Below the pieces are notes generated by a model. The model did not search any database and had not been told where the DNA came from. It worked only from the letters and a program-made list of their open reading frames with translations. A program made the position numbers and the translations under genes. 64,000 bases of DNA, taken from positions 24,781 through 88,780 of the forward strand of contig JAFRCE010000018.1 of the NCBI GenBank assembly GCA_017404505.1, read 5' to 3'. Each line of letters starts with the position of its first letter. Position 1 is the stretch's first letter. Positions 1 to 10,870 of this stretch are shown here, piece by piece. This stretch comes from Solobacterium sp. GTDB lineage: Bacteria; Bacillota_I; Bacilli_A; Erysipelotrichales; Erysipelotrichaceae.

Positions 1-729
1 CGGTGTCACACTTCCGTCATCCATCAGACCGCAGCCCAGGATGATAACGAAATCTTTGTCATAGTCCGGTTTATGACGGATCACGATCAGATTGACGATG
101 ATCGTGCCGATCAGCATGCATTCGTAATAAAGATAAAGAGCCGCGAAAGCAGTGTTCAGGGCATCGTGGATCATAATTTGAAAAAGCGATCCCGAATAAT
201 AATAATTGTCAAAAAAGATATAGATTTCCCCGCCGATCATAAGAAGCGAAAGAAGAATGCCCAGCAGATTGACCAGCCGCTTTCCTTCATGTCTGATCAG
301 GGAAATGTTCGAAACGCAAAGGCCCGCCGAGAATAACAGGATAAACGGAGCGGACAGGATCATGAACAGATGCGCCGATTCGTGCATGATATCCAGCATG
401 GTCATGATCATTTCCCGTTCCGTCATCGTCGATAAATCAACACCGAAGATCAGAAACAGTTCCATTGCGAGAACCGTGAAGATCAGCAGTGAAAAAGATA
501 TGTAGTAAATCGAATTATAAGAATACGGATTATACTTCAGCTGTTCGATAAAGGCATGGAGAAGACCGCCGATCACGATAGCAAGAAAAATGACCGTGAC
601 GATCTGAAACGGCACCATCATCAGCGGCTCATGCATCAGCATCAGCGTAACGATCAGAAGGTACACGCCGGTCACGATGGCGAGATAGCCTATCTTCGGT
701 TTTGTTGCGCGGCTGTCAAACTTGATCAT
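1..729 (-). CDS. DUF218/YdcF (SanA-like) family membrane protein, N-terminal 243 codons; 3' end lies outside the window
   Basis: Absent from the ORF track because it is open at the window edge. My translation of the minus strand from ATG 727-729 (SD AAGAGGAA upstream) is stop-free to position 1. It reads MIKFDSRATKPKIGYLAIVTGVY..., has several hydrophobic helices and ends ...KDFVIILGCGLMDDGSVTP, which resembles the start of a DUF218 domain. Confidence 0.6.
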   Translation of the reverse strand, partial: MIKFDSRATKPKIGYLAIVTGVYLLIVTLMLMHEPLMMVPFQIVTVIFLAIVIGGLLHAFIEQLKYNPYSYNSIYYISFSLLIFTVLAMELFLIFGVDLSTMTEREMIMTMLDIMHESAHLFMILSAPFILLFSAGLCVSNISLIRHEGKRLVNLLGILLSLLMIGGEIYIFFDNYYYSGSLFQIMIHDALNTAFAALYLYYECMLIGTIIVNLIVIRHKPDYDKDFVIILGCGLMDDGSVTP

Positions 730-830
730 TTTCCGTTCCTCTTATGTATGAAATACCCTCCCATGATGAACAGGACAGTTTTCTTTCAATAGCATTATTT
801 TAACGCATAACTGCCCAATAGGAAGCACGC

Positions 831-870
831 TTCCGAAAAGGAAAAGAAGAGTTTCCTGAAGAAACTCTTC
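831..870 (-). terminator. Rho-independent terminator candidate after the zinc-ribbon gene
   Basis: Perfect 10-bp stem GAAGAGTTTC/GAAACTCTTC with a 5-nt loop. On the minus strand it is followed by TTTTCCTTTTC. It lies 34 nt past the stop at 904. Confidence 0.5.
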
Positions 871-903
871 CTTCACACATATAAAACAGGATGGCAGCCT
901 GTT

Positions 904-1347
904 TTAATCATTTTCCCCTGCGGCATCACTGATGATGACTTCCGTGCCTTCCGGTGCTTCCAGAACCAGCGGTTCCAGTGTTTCACCGGGTTTCAGACGG
1001 GGTGCTCCGCAGACCGGGCAGAATTCCTGATCATCGCTCATTTCCGCGCCGCAGAATATACAGAACGGCAGTTTATCGCTGATACTGACGACGGTCGATC
1101 CTTCCGGCACATCAATGACCAGTGGCTCTACCTCTTCATCAGGCCGCAGACGCGGCGCTCCGCATTTGAGACAGAATTTCGCATCAGCCGAAAACTTCGT
1201 GCCGCAGAATCGGCAGTAAACCGGTTCTTTCTCTTCAACAGGTATATCTTCCTGAACAGCAGGCAGTTTTGTTCCGCATTCATCACAGAACAGCGCATCG
1301 TCGGGAAGCAATCTCCCGCATGCCGGACACTTCTTGCTCATATACAA
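904..1347 (-). CDS. zinc-ribbon (double zinc ribbon type) domain protein with internal tandem repeat
   Basis: 147 aa. Paired CxxC motifs: CPACG..FCDECG, YCRFCG..FCLKCG, FCIFCG..FCPVCG. The last two units form a ~48-aa repeat (FC.FCG-x9-FC..CGAPRL.P..E..EPLV...PEG..V..ISD). Confidence 0.7.
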   Translation of the reverse strand: MYMSKKCPACGRLLPDDALFCDECGTKLPAVQEDIPVEEKEPVYCRFCGTKFSADAKFCLKCGAPRLRPDEEVEPLVIDVPEGSTVVSISDKLPFCIFCGAEMSDDQEFCPVCGAPRLKPGETLEPLVLEAPEGTEVIISDAAGEND

Positions 1348-1552
1348 ATCCTCCCTGATTCCATGATACGTAAAACATACATACTTTGAAAGCCAATGGA
1401 GCTGGTTTTACACCTGCATGAATATCATAAATGAAAACACCGGGAATAATCAGCGTGACTATAAAATGTCACTGACATTAAACAGTCACGCTTTAGGATC
1501 ACAAATACTTATCGGTCTGTTACAATACAGACAGATAAAGGAAATCCTGCTT

Positions 1553-3310
1553 ATGCTGTCTGAGAAACTGTCACTGGCGATTCGTACGATCGATGCCTCC
1601 AACGCGGCTGTTGCCCGTTATGCGGGGTTCGACAGAACATTTATCACCCGCCTGCGCAGCGGTGAGAGAACGCTCCGTCCTTTTGGCGCGACGGCCGTTA
1701 AACTGGCGGAAGGAATCTGTCTCTGCAGTCAGGACAGCCACAAAACCTCAGACCTTGCGGAACTGATCGGTTATGATCCGCTTTCCTCCCTCGAACAGCA
1801 GACCGAACGTCTGCGTATCTGGCTTTTCGAAGAGGAAATCAATACCGCGTCGGAAGCAATGAACGCCCGCGCCCCGCAAACGGTGCCGGACACCAATTCA
1901 TTCCGTGACCGTCTTGACTCCCTGATGACAATGGCCGGTATTTCCAACATGCGTCTGAGTCAGATCATTCATGTCGACCCTTCCCTGATCAGCCGCTACC
2001 GGAACGGCAGCCGTGTGCCGAAAGCCGACACGGATACCGCGGCACAGATCAGCCAGGCAATTTATGATCTGCTGCAGAAATCCGGCCGGATCGACCGGCT
2101 GTCATCCATCCTTCCCGCACAAAGCGGCATACCGGATGAACCGACTTTTTTCAGATGGCTTTTCAGTGTCGATTCCTACCGTGAACAGGATCTGCGCAGC
2201 GCCCGCGGACTTCTGTCGGTATTCGACGCTCTTTCCGCCGAACGTTCCTACACTTATCCGCCCGCGGAACTTCCATCAGACAGGATGGAAGGCAACGGCG
2301 AGCCAAAGACACTGTACTATGGCGCGGAAGGTTTCAAGGAAGCTTTCATCAGATTTCTGCAGTGTGCCGCATCACACCCGCTCAGCGAGATCATGCTGTA
2401 TTCCGACGAAGATTACGGTTCCCTGCTGGACGACCGTCAGTTCCTGAATAACTCTTATACGCTGATCAACCGGATCGCCGCCAACGGAACGAAGGTCTGC
2501 ATCATTCACAGTCTGGACCGCGATCCGGAAGAGATGAAGCCGACGATCAGTGTCTGGTTTCCCCTCTATCTGACCGGCGCGGTGGAATCCTGGTACAGCC
2601 GCCGGCGCCGGAATGAACGTTTCTCTCACACACTGCTGCTGGCTCCCGGTCTTGCCTGTATTGAAGGCATGCACATCAGCGGGACGAAAACCAGTGAATT
2701 CTTTCATTATCTGAACGATCCGCAGGCAATTGAAGTCTGCCGGCAGGAGTTTGCCAGCCTGCTCGAGCATGCAAAACCTCTGCTCAGCACCGATCCGGTA
2801 AACGTGCTGGCAGATGTTTATGAAGTGTCCGTGATTCAGAATACCCTTTCCATAGCAACCATGCCGGAAGAACTTGCCAGACAGATGAATGACGATGCCC
2901 TGATGGAAATCTGGCAGAAACGGCATGACCGTTTTCTTCATCTGATGCAGCAGGGAACGGCGACAGAATACATCGCTCTCGCTGATCCGGAAGATATCAG
3001 AAACGGCAAAGTCGGCATCGATCCCCTGCCGGCTGTCCGTCCTCATTACTACACACCCGCACAATATGAAATGCACATGGAGAATATCCGGAAAATGACA
3101 CGTGAATTCCCCGGATTCTCTTTTGTCCCGCTGCGGAAAGCTCCTTTCAGCAATTTAAAGATCATGCTGTCCGACAGATCCGTCTGCATCACCCATTACC
3201 TGCGTCCCGATTTCACTTTCGTATATACCCATCCGGCTTTCTGCCGGGCTTTTCAGAGCTATGCAAATGAACTCATCCGCGATCAGATACAGAACGAATC
3301 CGGCGAATGA
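1553..3310 (+). CDS. putative transcriptional regulator with two XRE-like HTH segments and a large uncharacterised C-terminal domain
   Basis: The track ORF starts at 1418. I prefer ATG 1553 because AAAGGAAA lies 8-16 nt upstream and there is no SD before 1418 or 1466. HTH-like stretches: LSLAIRTIDASNAAVARYAGFDRTFITRLRSGER and MAGISNMRLSQIIHVDPSLISRYRNGSR. The remaining ~380 aa carry no motif I recognise. Confidence 0.6.
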   Translation: MLSEKLSLAIRTIDASNAAVARYAGFDRTFITRLRSGERTLRPFGATAVKLAEGICLCSQDSHKTSDLAELIGYDPLSSLEQQTERLRIWLFEEEINTASEAMNARAPQTVPDTNSFRDRLDSLMTMAGISNMRLSQIIHVDPSLISRYRNGSRVPKADTDTAAQISQAIYDLLQKSGRIDRLSSILPAQSGIPDEPTFFRWLFSVDSYREQDLRSARGLLSVFDALSAERSYTYPPAELPSDRMEGNGEPKTLYYGAEGFKEAFIRFLQCAASHPLSEIMLYSDEDYGSLLDDRQFLNNSYTLINRIAANGTKVCIIHSLDRDPEEMKPTISVWFPLYLTGAVESWYSRRRRNERFSHTLLLAPGLACIEGMHISGTKTSEFFHYLNDPQAIEVCRQEFASLLEHAKPLLSTDPVNVLADVYEVSVIQNTLSIATMPEELARQMNDDALMEIWQKRHDRFLHLMQQGTATEYIALADPEDIRNGKVGIDPLPAVRPHYYTPAQYEMHMENIRKMTREFPGFSFVPLRKAPFSNLKIMLSDRSVCITHYLRPDFTFVYTHPAFCRAFQSYANELIRDQIQNESGE

Positions 3311-3354
3311 TTCTTTCCGCGGATCGTTTTATTTGCTGAACAGACAGAAATAAT

Positions 3355-3387
3355 ACGGACCTGCCAAAAAGGCAGATCCGTGTTTTT
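3355..3387. terminator. bidirectional terminator between convergent genes
   Basis: ACGGACCTGCC-AAAAA-GGCAGATCCGT followed by GTTTTT on the plus strand. The reverse strand gives the same stem followed by the T-rich ATTATTTCT. Confidence 0.6.
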
Positions 3388-3398
3388 CATACAGGTTA

Positions 3399-3758
3399 TC
3401 AGTCAACGTTCTTAGTCGCGACGACGTTGACACCGGTGCCGAGAATATCGGCAATGATCACGTCGCCGATCCGGACAGGAGCTTTGACACGAACTGCATC
3501 AATTTCTTTCATGCAGGCGAAGATCATGTCCTTCGGGATGTTTCCGGAAGTCTTGACGGAAACCCGCGGTTTCTCGCCGCCTTCGACAACGACCGTGGAT
3601 GTGACGGTCCGCTCCGGATGGATGACTTCGTTGCGGGCATATCTGTCACCGATCGCACAGGTATTGCCGGTAACGGAAAGAATGTCTGTTCCTTCCAGTT
3701 CAACCGTGATCTGGCAGCCCATCGGACAGCCGATGCATGTTAATTCTCTTTTTTCCAT
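3399..3758 (-). CDS. DUF1667 domain protein (third gene of the GlpA-like dehydrogenase module)
   Basis: 119 aa. The N-terminus MEKRELTCIGCPMGCQITVE is typical of DUF1667. It lies 1 nt after the upstream oxidoreductase gene. Confidence 0.85.
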   Translation of the reverse strand: MEKRELTCIGCPMGCQITVELEGTDILSVTGNTCAIGDRYARNEVIHPERTVTSTVVVEGGEKPRVSVKTSGNIPKDMIFACMKEIDAVRVKAPVRIGDVIIADILGTGVNVVATKNVD

Positions 3759-3759
3759 G

Positions 3760-5028
3760 TTACTCCGCCTCGATTCTGATCGTTATGGTCTTCAGGTCTT
3801 CTTTTTCAAGAAGCTTCTTCTTCTGCAGAATGACCTGTTCCATTTCACCCGGTGACATGATCCGCTTACGCATATGCATGATGCGCTCGTCGTTCAGATA
3901 AACACTGACGAAACTGTTCTTAAACACATTGGCGACACGGAAACGCACCGTCAGCAGATCATCCATACGGCTGGGATCGATCGTTGAAGGAACGGTATAG
4001 CGGGCTCCTTCCACCGCACTGATCTGGATGACGTCCTCCGGGTCGGATCTTCTTTCACCCTCCAGAACGTACTTCGCCGCGTTGGCGCCGGCTTTGGTCG
4101 CTTCTTCGGAAACATAGTCGACAAGGTCATGCACGTGCAGAACATTGCCGCAGGCGAAGATACCCGGAATACTGGTTTCCAGACTTTCGTTGACCAGCGG
4201 ACCGTTGGTGATCCGGTTCATACTGACGCCGGCCTTGACGGACAGTTCGTTTTCCGGAATCAGGCCGCAGGACAGCAGCAGCGTGTCACAGGTATATCTT
4301 TCTTCCGTACCCGGTATCGGTTTGCCGGAAGAATTCACCTGCGCGATCGTCACCGCCGTGACATGTTCCTTACCTTCGATATCGACGACGGTATGGGACA
4401 GTTTCAGCGGAATGCCGAAGTCGTCCAGACACTGGACGATATTTCGCTTCAGGCCGCCGGAATACGGCATCAGTTCAGCGACTACCTTTACCTTCGCTCC
4501 TTCCAGCGTCATGCGTCTGGCCATAATCAGTCCGATATCACCGGATCCGAGAATAACAACTTCACGACCCGGCATATAGCCTTCGATGTTGACAAGCCGC
4601 TGGGCTGTACCGGCCGAGAAGATACCGGCCGGACGGTAACCGGGGATGTTCAGAGCGCCGCGCGGACGTTCCCGGCAGCCCATGGCAAGGATCACGGCAC
4701 CGGCCTGAATCTGATACATGCCGTCTTCCCGGCTCATGGCCGTCACGACACGTTCCGCGGAAATATCCATGACCATCGTGTTCAGCCGGTATTCGATCTT
4801 TTCCGCGAGGACCTGTTCAATAAAACGATTGGCATATTCCGGTCCTGTCAGTTCTTCCTTGAACGTATGCAGACCGAACCCGTTATGGATACACTGATTG
4901 AGAATGCCGCCCAGTTCGTGGTCGCGCTCCAGGATCAGGATCTTTTCAACTCCCGCTTTTCTTGCGGAAACGGCAGCAGCCAGTCCGGCCGGACCGCCGC
5001 CGATGATCACTACATCATATGAAATCAT
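3760..5028 (-). CDS. NAD(P)/FAD-dependent (pyridine nucleotide-disulfide family) oxidoreductase
   Basis: 422 aa. Contains the dinucleotide folds VVIIGGGPAGLAAA and VVILGSGDIGL. It overlaps the upstream GlpA-like gene by 4 nt. Confidence 0.85.
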   Translation of the reverse strand: MISYDVVIIGGGPAGLAAAVSARKAGVEKILILERDHELGGILNQCIHNGFGLHTFKEELTGPEYANRFIEQVLAEKIEYRLNTMVMDISAERVVTAMSREDGMYQIQAGAVILAMGCRERPRGALNIPGYRPAGIFSAGTAQRLVNIEGYMPGREVVILGSGDIGLIMARRMTLEGAKVKVVAELMPYSGGLKRNIVQCLDDFGIPLKLSHTVVDIEGKEHVTAVTIAQVNSSGKPIPGTEERYTCDTLLLSCGLIPENELSVKAGVSMNRITNGPLVNESLETSIPGIFACGNVLHVHDLVDYVSEEATKAGANAAKYVLEGERRSDPEDVIQISAVEGARYTVPSTIDPSRMDDLLTVRFRVANVFKNSFVSVYLNDERIMHMRKRIMSPGEMEQVILQKKKLLEKEDLKTITIRIEAE

Positions 5029-6476
5029 TTGCTGCCTCCGTTTGAACCTTTGGTTCTTTCAAGGACAATGTTGCTGCGGCCGCCGCTCTTGGTGACTTCT
5101 TCATACGGAAGGCCAAGCTCACGGTGCAGGATCTCCATCACACGCGGCGCGCAGAAGCCGCTCTGGCATCTGCCCATGCCGGCTCTGGTGCGGCGTTTGA
5201 CACCGTCCAGGCTGCGGGCTCCGAGCGGCCGGCGGATCGCGTCAATGATCTCGCCTTCGGAAATGGATTCACAGCGGCAAATAATGTTGCCGTATGCCGG
5301 TTCTTTCCGGATCAGTTCATTTCTTTCTTCGAGACTCAGCTCCTGCGGATTGAGGATGCCTTTGCGCTTGGCGATCCAGTGTTCCTTTTCCGTCAGGGAC
5401 ATCTTTTCCCTGAGCATGTCACGGACCATTTCACCGATGGCCGGACAGGAAGTCAGTCCCGGGGATTCAATGCCGGCGCAGTCAATGAAATGCGGTGCGT
5501 CAGCGACTTCTTCGATAATAAACTCGTGATGGGTTTCGTGGGCACGCAGACCGGCGAAACTGGTGATCACCTTACGCATCGGCAGGTTTTTGACATTCTC
5601 CGAGGCTTTGCTGATCAGTTCATCAATGCCGGCAGCTGTCGTATTGACACCCTCCCTGTTATCGATGTCAATGGCGGTCGGTCCGACGATCAGATTGCCG
5701 TGCACGGTCGGTGTGACAAGGACGCCTTTGCCAAGCTTGGTCGGCTGCGGGAAAATCGTATGGGAAACATGATTTCCGGCTTCTTTGTCCAGCAGACAGT
5801 AATCGCCGCGCCGTGGTGTGATCCTGATCTTGTTTTCACTGACCATATTGTGAATGACATCGGCATAGACGCCGGCGGCGTTAACGACGTATCTCGCTTT
5901 GTATTCACCGTTGTTGGTGCGCAGATGCCAGATGCCTTCCGCATCGCTGCAGATATCTTCGACATGTGTATTGAAACGGAATTCTACACCGTTTTCGAAG
6001 GCATTCTCAGCCATTGCGATATTGAGTATGAACGGACAGACGATGCCGCTTGTCGGCGCGTACAAAGCCCCTTCCACCTTATCGGAAAGATTCGGTTCCA
6101 TGGCCAGCGCTTCTTCCCTGCTCAGAATCTTCAGTCCCTTGACGCCGTTGGCAATACCGCGGTCGTACAGTTCCTGCAGTCCGCCGAGCAGTTCTTTATG
6201 GACACAGACGACCATGGCACCGTTTCTCTTGAACGGGATATCAAGATCAGCCGCCAGCTGATCCATCATTTCATTGCCGCGGACGTTCATCTTCGCCATC
6301 AGAGATCCTTCCGGCGCGTCAAAACCGGCATGCATGATCGCGGAATTTGCTTTCGAAGTTCCTTCACACACGTCTTCACATTTTTCCAGAACACATATAC
6401 TTGCGTTGAATCTGGACAGTTCTCTGGCGACAGCGCAGCCAGTTACGCCGGCGCCGATGATAATGATGTCATACAT
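5025..6476 (-). CDS. FAD-dependent glycerol-3-phosphate dehydrogenase/oxidase-like protein with BFD-type [2Fe-2S] domain
   Basis: 483 aa. N-terminal FAD fold MYDIIIIGAGVTGCAVA. C-terminal CRCESISEGEI...GRCQSGFC. It lies immediately downstream of glpK. Confidence 0.8.
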   Translation of the reverse strand: MYDIIIIGAGVTGCAVARELSRFNASICVLEKCEDVCEGTSKANSAIMHAGFDAPEGSLMAKMNVRGNEMMDQLAADLDIPFKRNGAMVVCVHKELLGGLQELYDRGIANGVKGLKILSREEALAMEPNLSDKVEGALYAPTSGIVCPFILNIAMAENAFENGVEFRFNTHVEDICSDAEGIWHLRTNNGEYKARYVVNAAGVYADVIHNMVSENKIRITPRRGDYCLLDKEAGNHVSHTIFPQPTKLGKGVLVTPTVHGNLIVGPTAIDIDNREGVNTTAAGIDELISKASENVKNLPMRKVITSFAGLRAHETHHEFIIEEVADAPHFIDCAGIESPGLTSCPAIGEMVRDMLREKMSLTEKEHWIAKRKGILNPQELSLEERNELIRKEPAYGNIICRCESISEGEIIDAIRRPLGARSLDGVKRRTRAGMGRCQSGFCAPRVMEILHRELGLPYEEVTKSGGRSNIVLERTKGSNGGSK

Positions 6477-6601
6477 ATTCGTTTTCCTCTTTGCCGCACA
6501 GGGATTACTGTGTCAGCAGTATCTGTTGATCATATTCCGTTGAAACAGGATTTCCGGCCATGCGTATAAACCATACCGGTTCCTCCTGTTATATTTCCTT
6601 A

Positions 6602-8098
<1,497 letters not shown>

Positions 8099-8284
8099 TT
8101 ATAACCTCCTCGATCATGGTGCTCTGACAAGTATGTGAAAGCCTTCGGAAGACTTTTCTTTGATCTGAATTGCATTTTCCCATAAAAATAAGCGCTATTA
8201 GGAAAGCATAAGAAACATATCTCCTTACGGACCGATCCTTTTACCGCTTAATCATCATTAAAAAACTCCTGTTTAACTATATAA

Positions 8285-8313
8285 ATCATACTCCCCTGCC
8301 AAAACGCATTCAA
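8285..8313 (-). promoter_or_regulatory. candidate sigma-A promoter of the glp operon
   Basis: Minus strand: TTGAAT-17 nt-TATGAT. It would give a ~185-nt leader before glpK. Confidence 0.45.
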
Positions 8314-8387
8314 GGGAGCATCCTTTGAAAATCTCCATCCGCCGTATACCGTCGCGGGTTCACTTTGATAAATGGTTATCCGCACAG

Positions 8388-8416
8388 AAAAAACTGCGTG
8401 ATTCTATTCACGCAGT
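8388..8416 (-). terminator. Rho-independent terminator of the DUF1905 gene
   Basis: Stem ACTGCGTG/CACGCAGT with an 8-nt loop that contains the stop codon. On the minus strand it is followed by TTTTTT. Confidence 0.6.
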
Positions 8417-8688
8417 GTGATAACGGTATGGATCACGTCACCGTCCTGTTTCTGCAGCTGGCGGCGGATCGTCTTTAAGACACCGATGATATAACAGACA
8501 TTGCCTTCCTCGTTTCTGACTCCCATGTTGACGACGCTTCCGTCATAGGGAATGCCGTCAAACAGGGCATGGACTTTGATTCTGCCCCTGTTGAATTCCC
8601 GGCGGAGATCCCAGGGGAAAATCACGTAGGCTCCGCCAGCATCCGTCTCGTGCAGCACAGCGTCGAAGATATATTCTTTTTTCTTCAT
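8404..8688 (-). CDS. DUF1905 domain protein
   Basis: 94 aa. DAGGAYVIFPWDLRREFNRGRIKVHALFDGIPYDGSVVNMG matches the DUF1905 pattern as I remember it. Confidence 0.7.
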   Translation of the reverse strand: MKKKEYIFDAVLHETDAGGAYVIFPWDLRREFNRGRIKVHALFDGIPYDGSVVNMGVRNEEGNVCYIIGVLKTIRRQLQKQDGDVIHTVITLRE

Positions 8689-8694
8689 GATCCG

Positions 8695-9819
8695 TCACTC
8701 CTGCGGATATGAGGCAAGGATATCGGTAACCGGCGGCACAAGTCCCTTCTTTCTGGCTATACCGGGTTCCAGCTTATAGGCAGTACCGTCAAATTCAGCC
8801 TTATCTGCAAAGGCGGTTTCCAGTACTTCCCGGGCGGCTTCGTTACCGGGGAGCAGATAGGTGACAGAGACATCGTCATGGAAAATGCTGATCATCACAA
8901 AGATCATATCCATTCCGGTCCTGGGGATCATATCCGGCAGTGTATTCTGCATGCGGCGGATCAGTTCCTGCGCACTCTGATCGTCATATGCGTTAAGACA
9001 GGCAATGCCGAAATTCGTACTGCCGCTTTCATATTCCTTGTAATCGCTGAAGAACACTTCCGTATCATTCATCCCGTCATAGGAAATGGATGCCTTGTAC
9101 ATCTCCTGATAATAGGTATCGAGATCGGTGATTCCGGCCAGGCGGCTGAGTTCCTTCACAGCTTCCCGGTCCGCGAACGTTGTCATCTCGGATTTGAAAT
9201 AATATGTATCGGAAAGAATTGCGGACATCATAACGGCTGCGGTTTTCTGATCCGGCTCAATACCGTAGTTCCGGTATCGCATCCACATGATGGTGGCAGT
9301 CGAACCGATCGGTCTGGCGTCATAGATCAGCGGATTGCCGGTCGAAACGGAACCGTCACCATGGTGATCGATAATGGCAAGGATACGGGCATCCTTCAGT
9401 CCTTCTGCAGACTGGGCGTATTCACTGTGATCCACCAGGATCATATTCAGTCCGGAAGCGTCTTCCAGAAGCTGGGGAACTTCCAGTCCGGCATGTTCCA
9501 GAACAAATGCCGTTTCATGGTTGATCGGTGTGAGAATGACAGGCACCGCGTCATAGCCCAGCTGCTGCAGCAGATAGGCACAGGAAATGGCTCCGGCGAC
9601 GGTATCGGTATCCGGACTGCGGTGGCCGGTGATATATATCTTCCCTCCAATTTCACCCAGTCCTTCAAGTTCACTCCGGTTCAGCTGAACAGCATACTCT
9701 TTTTCTTTCTGATACTGCTGTGCCTCCGCTGTTTTTCCGTAATAGAATCCGCATAAACCGGCGGCCGCAAGCAGGATCAGTACCAGTACGATATTGATCC
9801 ATCGTTTCTTCTGTTCCAT
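8695..9819 (-). CDS. membrane-anchored DHH/DHHA2 family phosphoesterase (family-II pyrophosphatase-like)
   Basis: The track ORF runs to 9843. ATG 9819 has GAGGTA 9 nt upstream. Motifs: HRSPDTDTVAG, VDHSE, IIDHHGDG. An N-terminal hydrophobic helix WINIVLVLILLAAAGLCGFYY is present. Confidence 0.75.
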   Translation of the reverse strand: MEQKKRWINIVLVLILLAAAGLCGFYYGKTAEAQQYQKEKEYAVQLNRSELEGLGEIGGKIYITGHRSPDTDTVAGAISCAYLLQQLGYDAVPVILTPINHETAFVLEHAGLEVPQLLEDASGLNMILVDHSEYAQSAEGLKDARILAIIDHHGDGSVSTGNPLIYDARPIGSTATIMWMRYRNYGIEPDQKTAAVMMSAILSDTYYFKSEMTTFADREAVKELSRLAGITDLDTYYQEMYKASISYDGMNDTEVFFSDYKEYESGSTNFGIACLNAYDDQSAQELIRRMQNTLPDMIPRTGMDMIFVMISIFHDDVSVTYLLPGNEAAREVLETAFADKAEFDGTAYKLEPGIARKKGLVPPVTDILASYPQE

Positions 9820-9916
9820 ATCTGTTACCTCTTTTTCAATCATACATGCATTTGATCAAGGTTTTTCTTAGAAAACAGCCTTTTTTCGACCCGTCAGTTT
9901 TTCTTCAAACTGCCAA

Positions 9917-10627
9917 CTACAGATCGACGGTCAGTATTTCTTCCTCATCAAACGGCAGACCGGCAGCAGTTTTCCCTTTATGAAAGTAAAACGAACCGCC
10001 GTGATTCACCGGCTCACTGCTGATCGGATTGACCATAAGCACATCCTCTGTCGCCAGAGCTGCCTGTGCTGCGTATTCTTCAAGCGCGCCGCTGTTCCAT
10101 TCTGCAACGGTATAATCAACGTAAACCGGCCAAATGAGCAGATCTTCCGTTTGAAACCTTTCCGGAAAATCCCACAGATCGCCGCATAAAGTCAATTTAA
10201 TTCTCCTGCCGTTCAGATCAAAAGAACCGGTTTCCTTTCCCTCGCAATAATGTTCATCCGCTTTTGAAGACTCTTTCCAGCCCTTCGAGATACGCCGGTA
10301 ATTATGGATGATCTTTCCTTCCGATAACACCACGCAGGAAGAATACAGTCTGTCCTGTTCTTTTTCGATATAGCCAACGATCAGTGAAATGCCATACTGC
10401 AGCGTCCAGCTGCGCAGCTGAGCAATCGCCACGGAAGAAAGATCCAATGCATAAGACCTGTCCGTTTCATAATCCCAGCAAAGCGCGTCAAAACCCTGCA
10501 GGAACGCTTCACCGAAACAGAGCACATCGGCTTTTCCGGCAGACCTCTTCATGGCCAGTTCGATCTGACTCATGTTAAATGAAATATCACGATTTCTGCA
10601 TCTGTATGAAACAAGTCCGATCCGCAT
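9917..10627 (-). CDS. carbon-nitrogen hydrolase (nitrilase superfamily) protein
   Basis: The track ORF runs to 10657. ATG 10627 (MRIGLVSY...) is preceded by AAGGAAAA. The context ...DVLCFGEAFLQGF... is typical of the CN-hydrolase catalytic Glu region. Confidence 0.75.
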   Translation of the reverse strand: MRIGLVSYRCRNRDISFNMSQIELAMKRSAGKADVLCFGEAFLQGFDALCWDYETDRSYALDLSSVAIAQLRSWTLQYGISLIVGYIEKEQDRLYSSCVVLSEGKIIHNYRRISKGWKESSKADEHYCEGKETGSFDLNGRRIKLTLCGDLWDFPERFQTEDLLIWPVYVDYTVAEWNSGALEEYAAQAALATEDVLMVNPISSEPVNHGGSFYFHKGKTAAGLPFDEEEILTVDL

Positions 10628-10870
10628 GGTTTTCCTTCTTTGCTTTGATGGTATCATCCCTGTCCGGCATTAACAATTGAAGCCAATGTAAAAAGGTTCC
10701 TGTCGTCGGCGGATCCCGCGACAGAAAACCTCATTAAGAAATAAATGTTTCCCGCTTTACCAATGCGCACTTACACAGGATAAAGACACGTTACGGAAAC
10801 TGTGTTTCCTCATGTAACGTAACATTGTTTCCGGACTGCTTTCATTCTTTCGTCCGGACGGACATCTGGA

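Noticed and set aside
5124-6569. Very long antisense ORFs opposite real genes. Examples: 5124..6569 (481 aa, opposite the GlpA-like gene), 56823..58487 (554 aa, opposite polA), 44084..45406, 36823..38004, 38287..39447, 39646..40821, 28228..29553, 53505..54749, 33071..33958, 47819..48517, 48837..49616, 49743..50435, 15099..15962.
   Set aside because: Each lies opposite an ORF with unmistakable family motifs. The translations are low-complexity (R/H/F/D/Q-rich) with no motifs and no SD. Long shadow ORFs are expected when the sense codons TTA, CTA and TCA are rare, as they appear to be here. There is no evidence of overlapping genes.
6530-6574. A 14-codon mini-ORF (MVYTHGRKSCFNGI) with a strong SD (AGGAGGA, 7-nt spacing) between glpK and the GlpA-like gene
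   Set aside because: It is too short to evaluate and has no recognisable leader-peptide logic. The SD-like sequence may be coincidental or act as a standby site. It is worth a look only if ribosome profiling data exist.
8099-8403. A cre (CcpA) site or a GlpP-type antiterminator target in the glpK leader
   Set aside because: I found no convincing match to the cre consensus (TGWAANCGNTNWCA) and no terminator/antiterminator pair by eye. I cannot support either call without folding or motif scanning.
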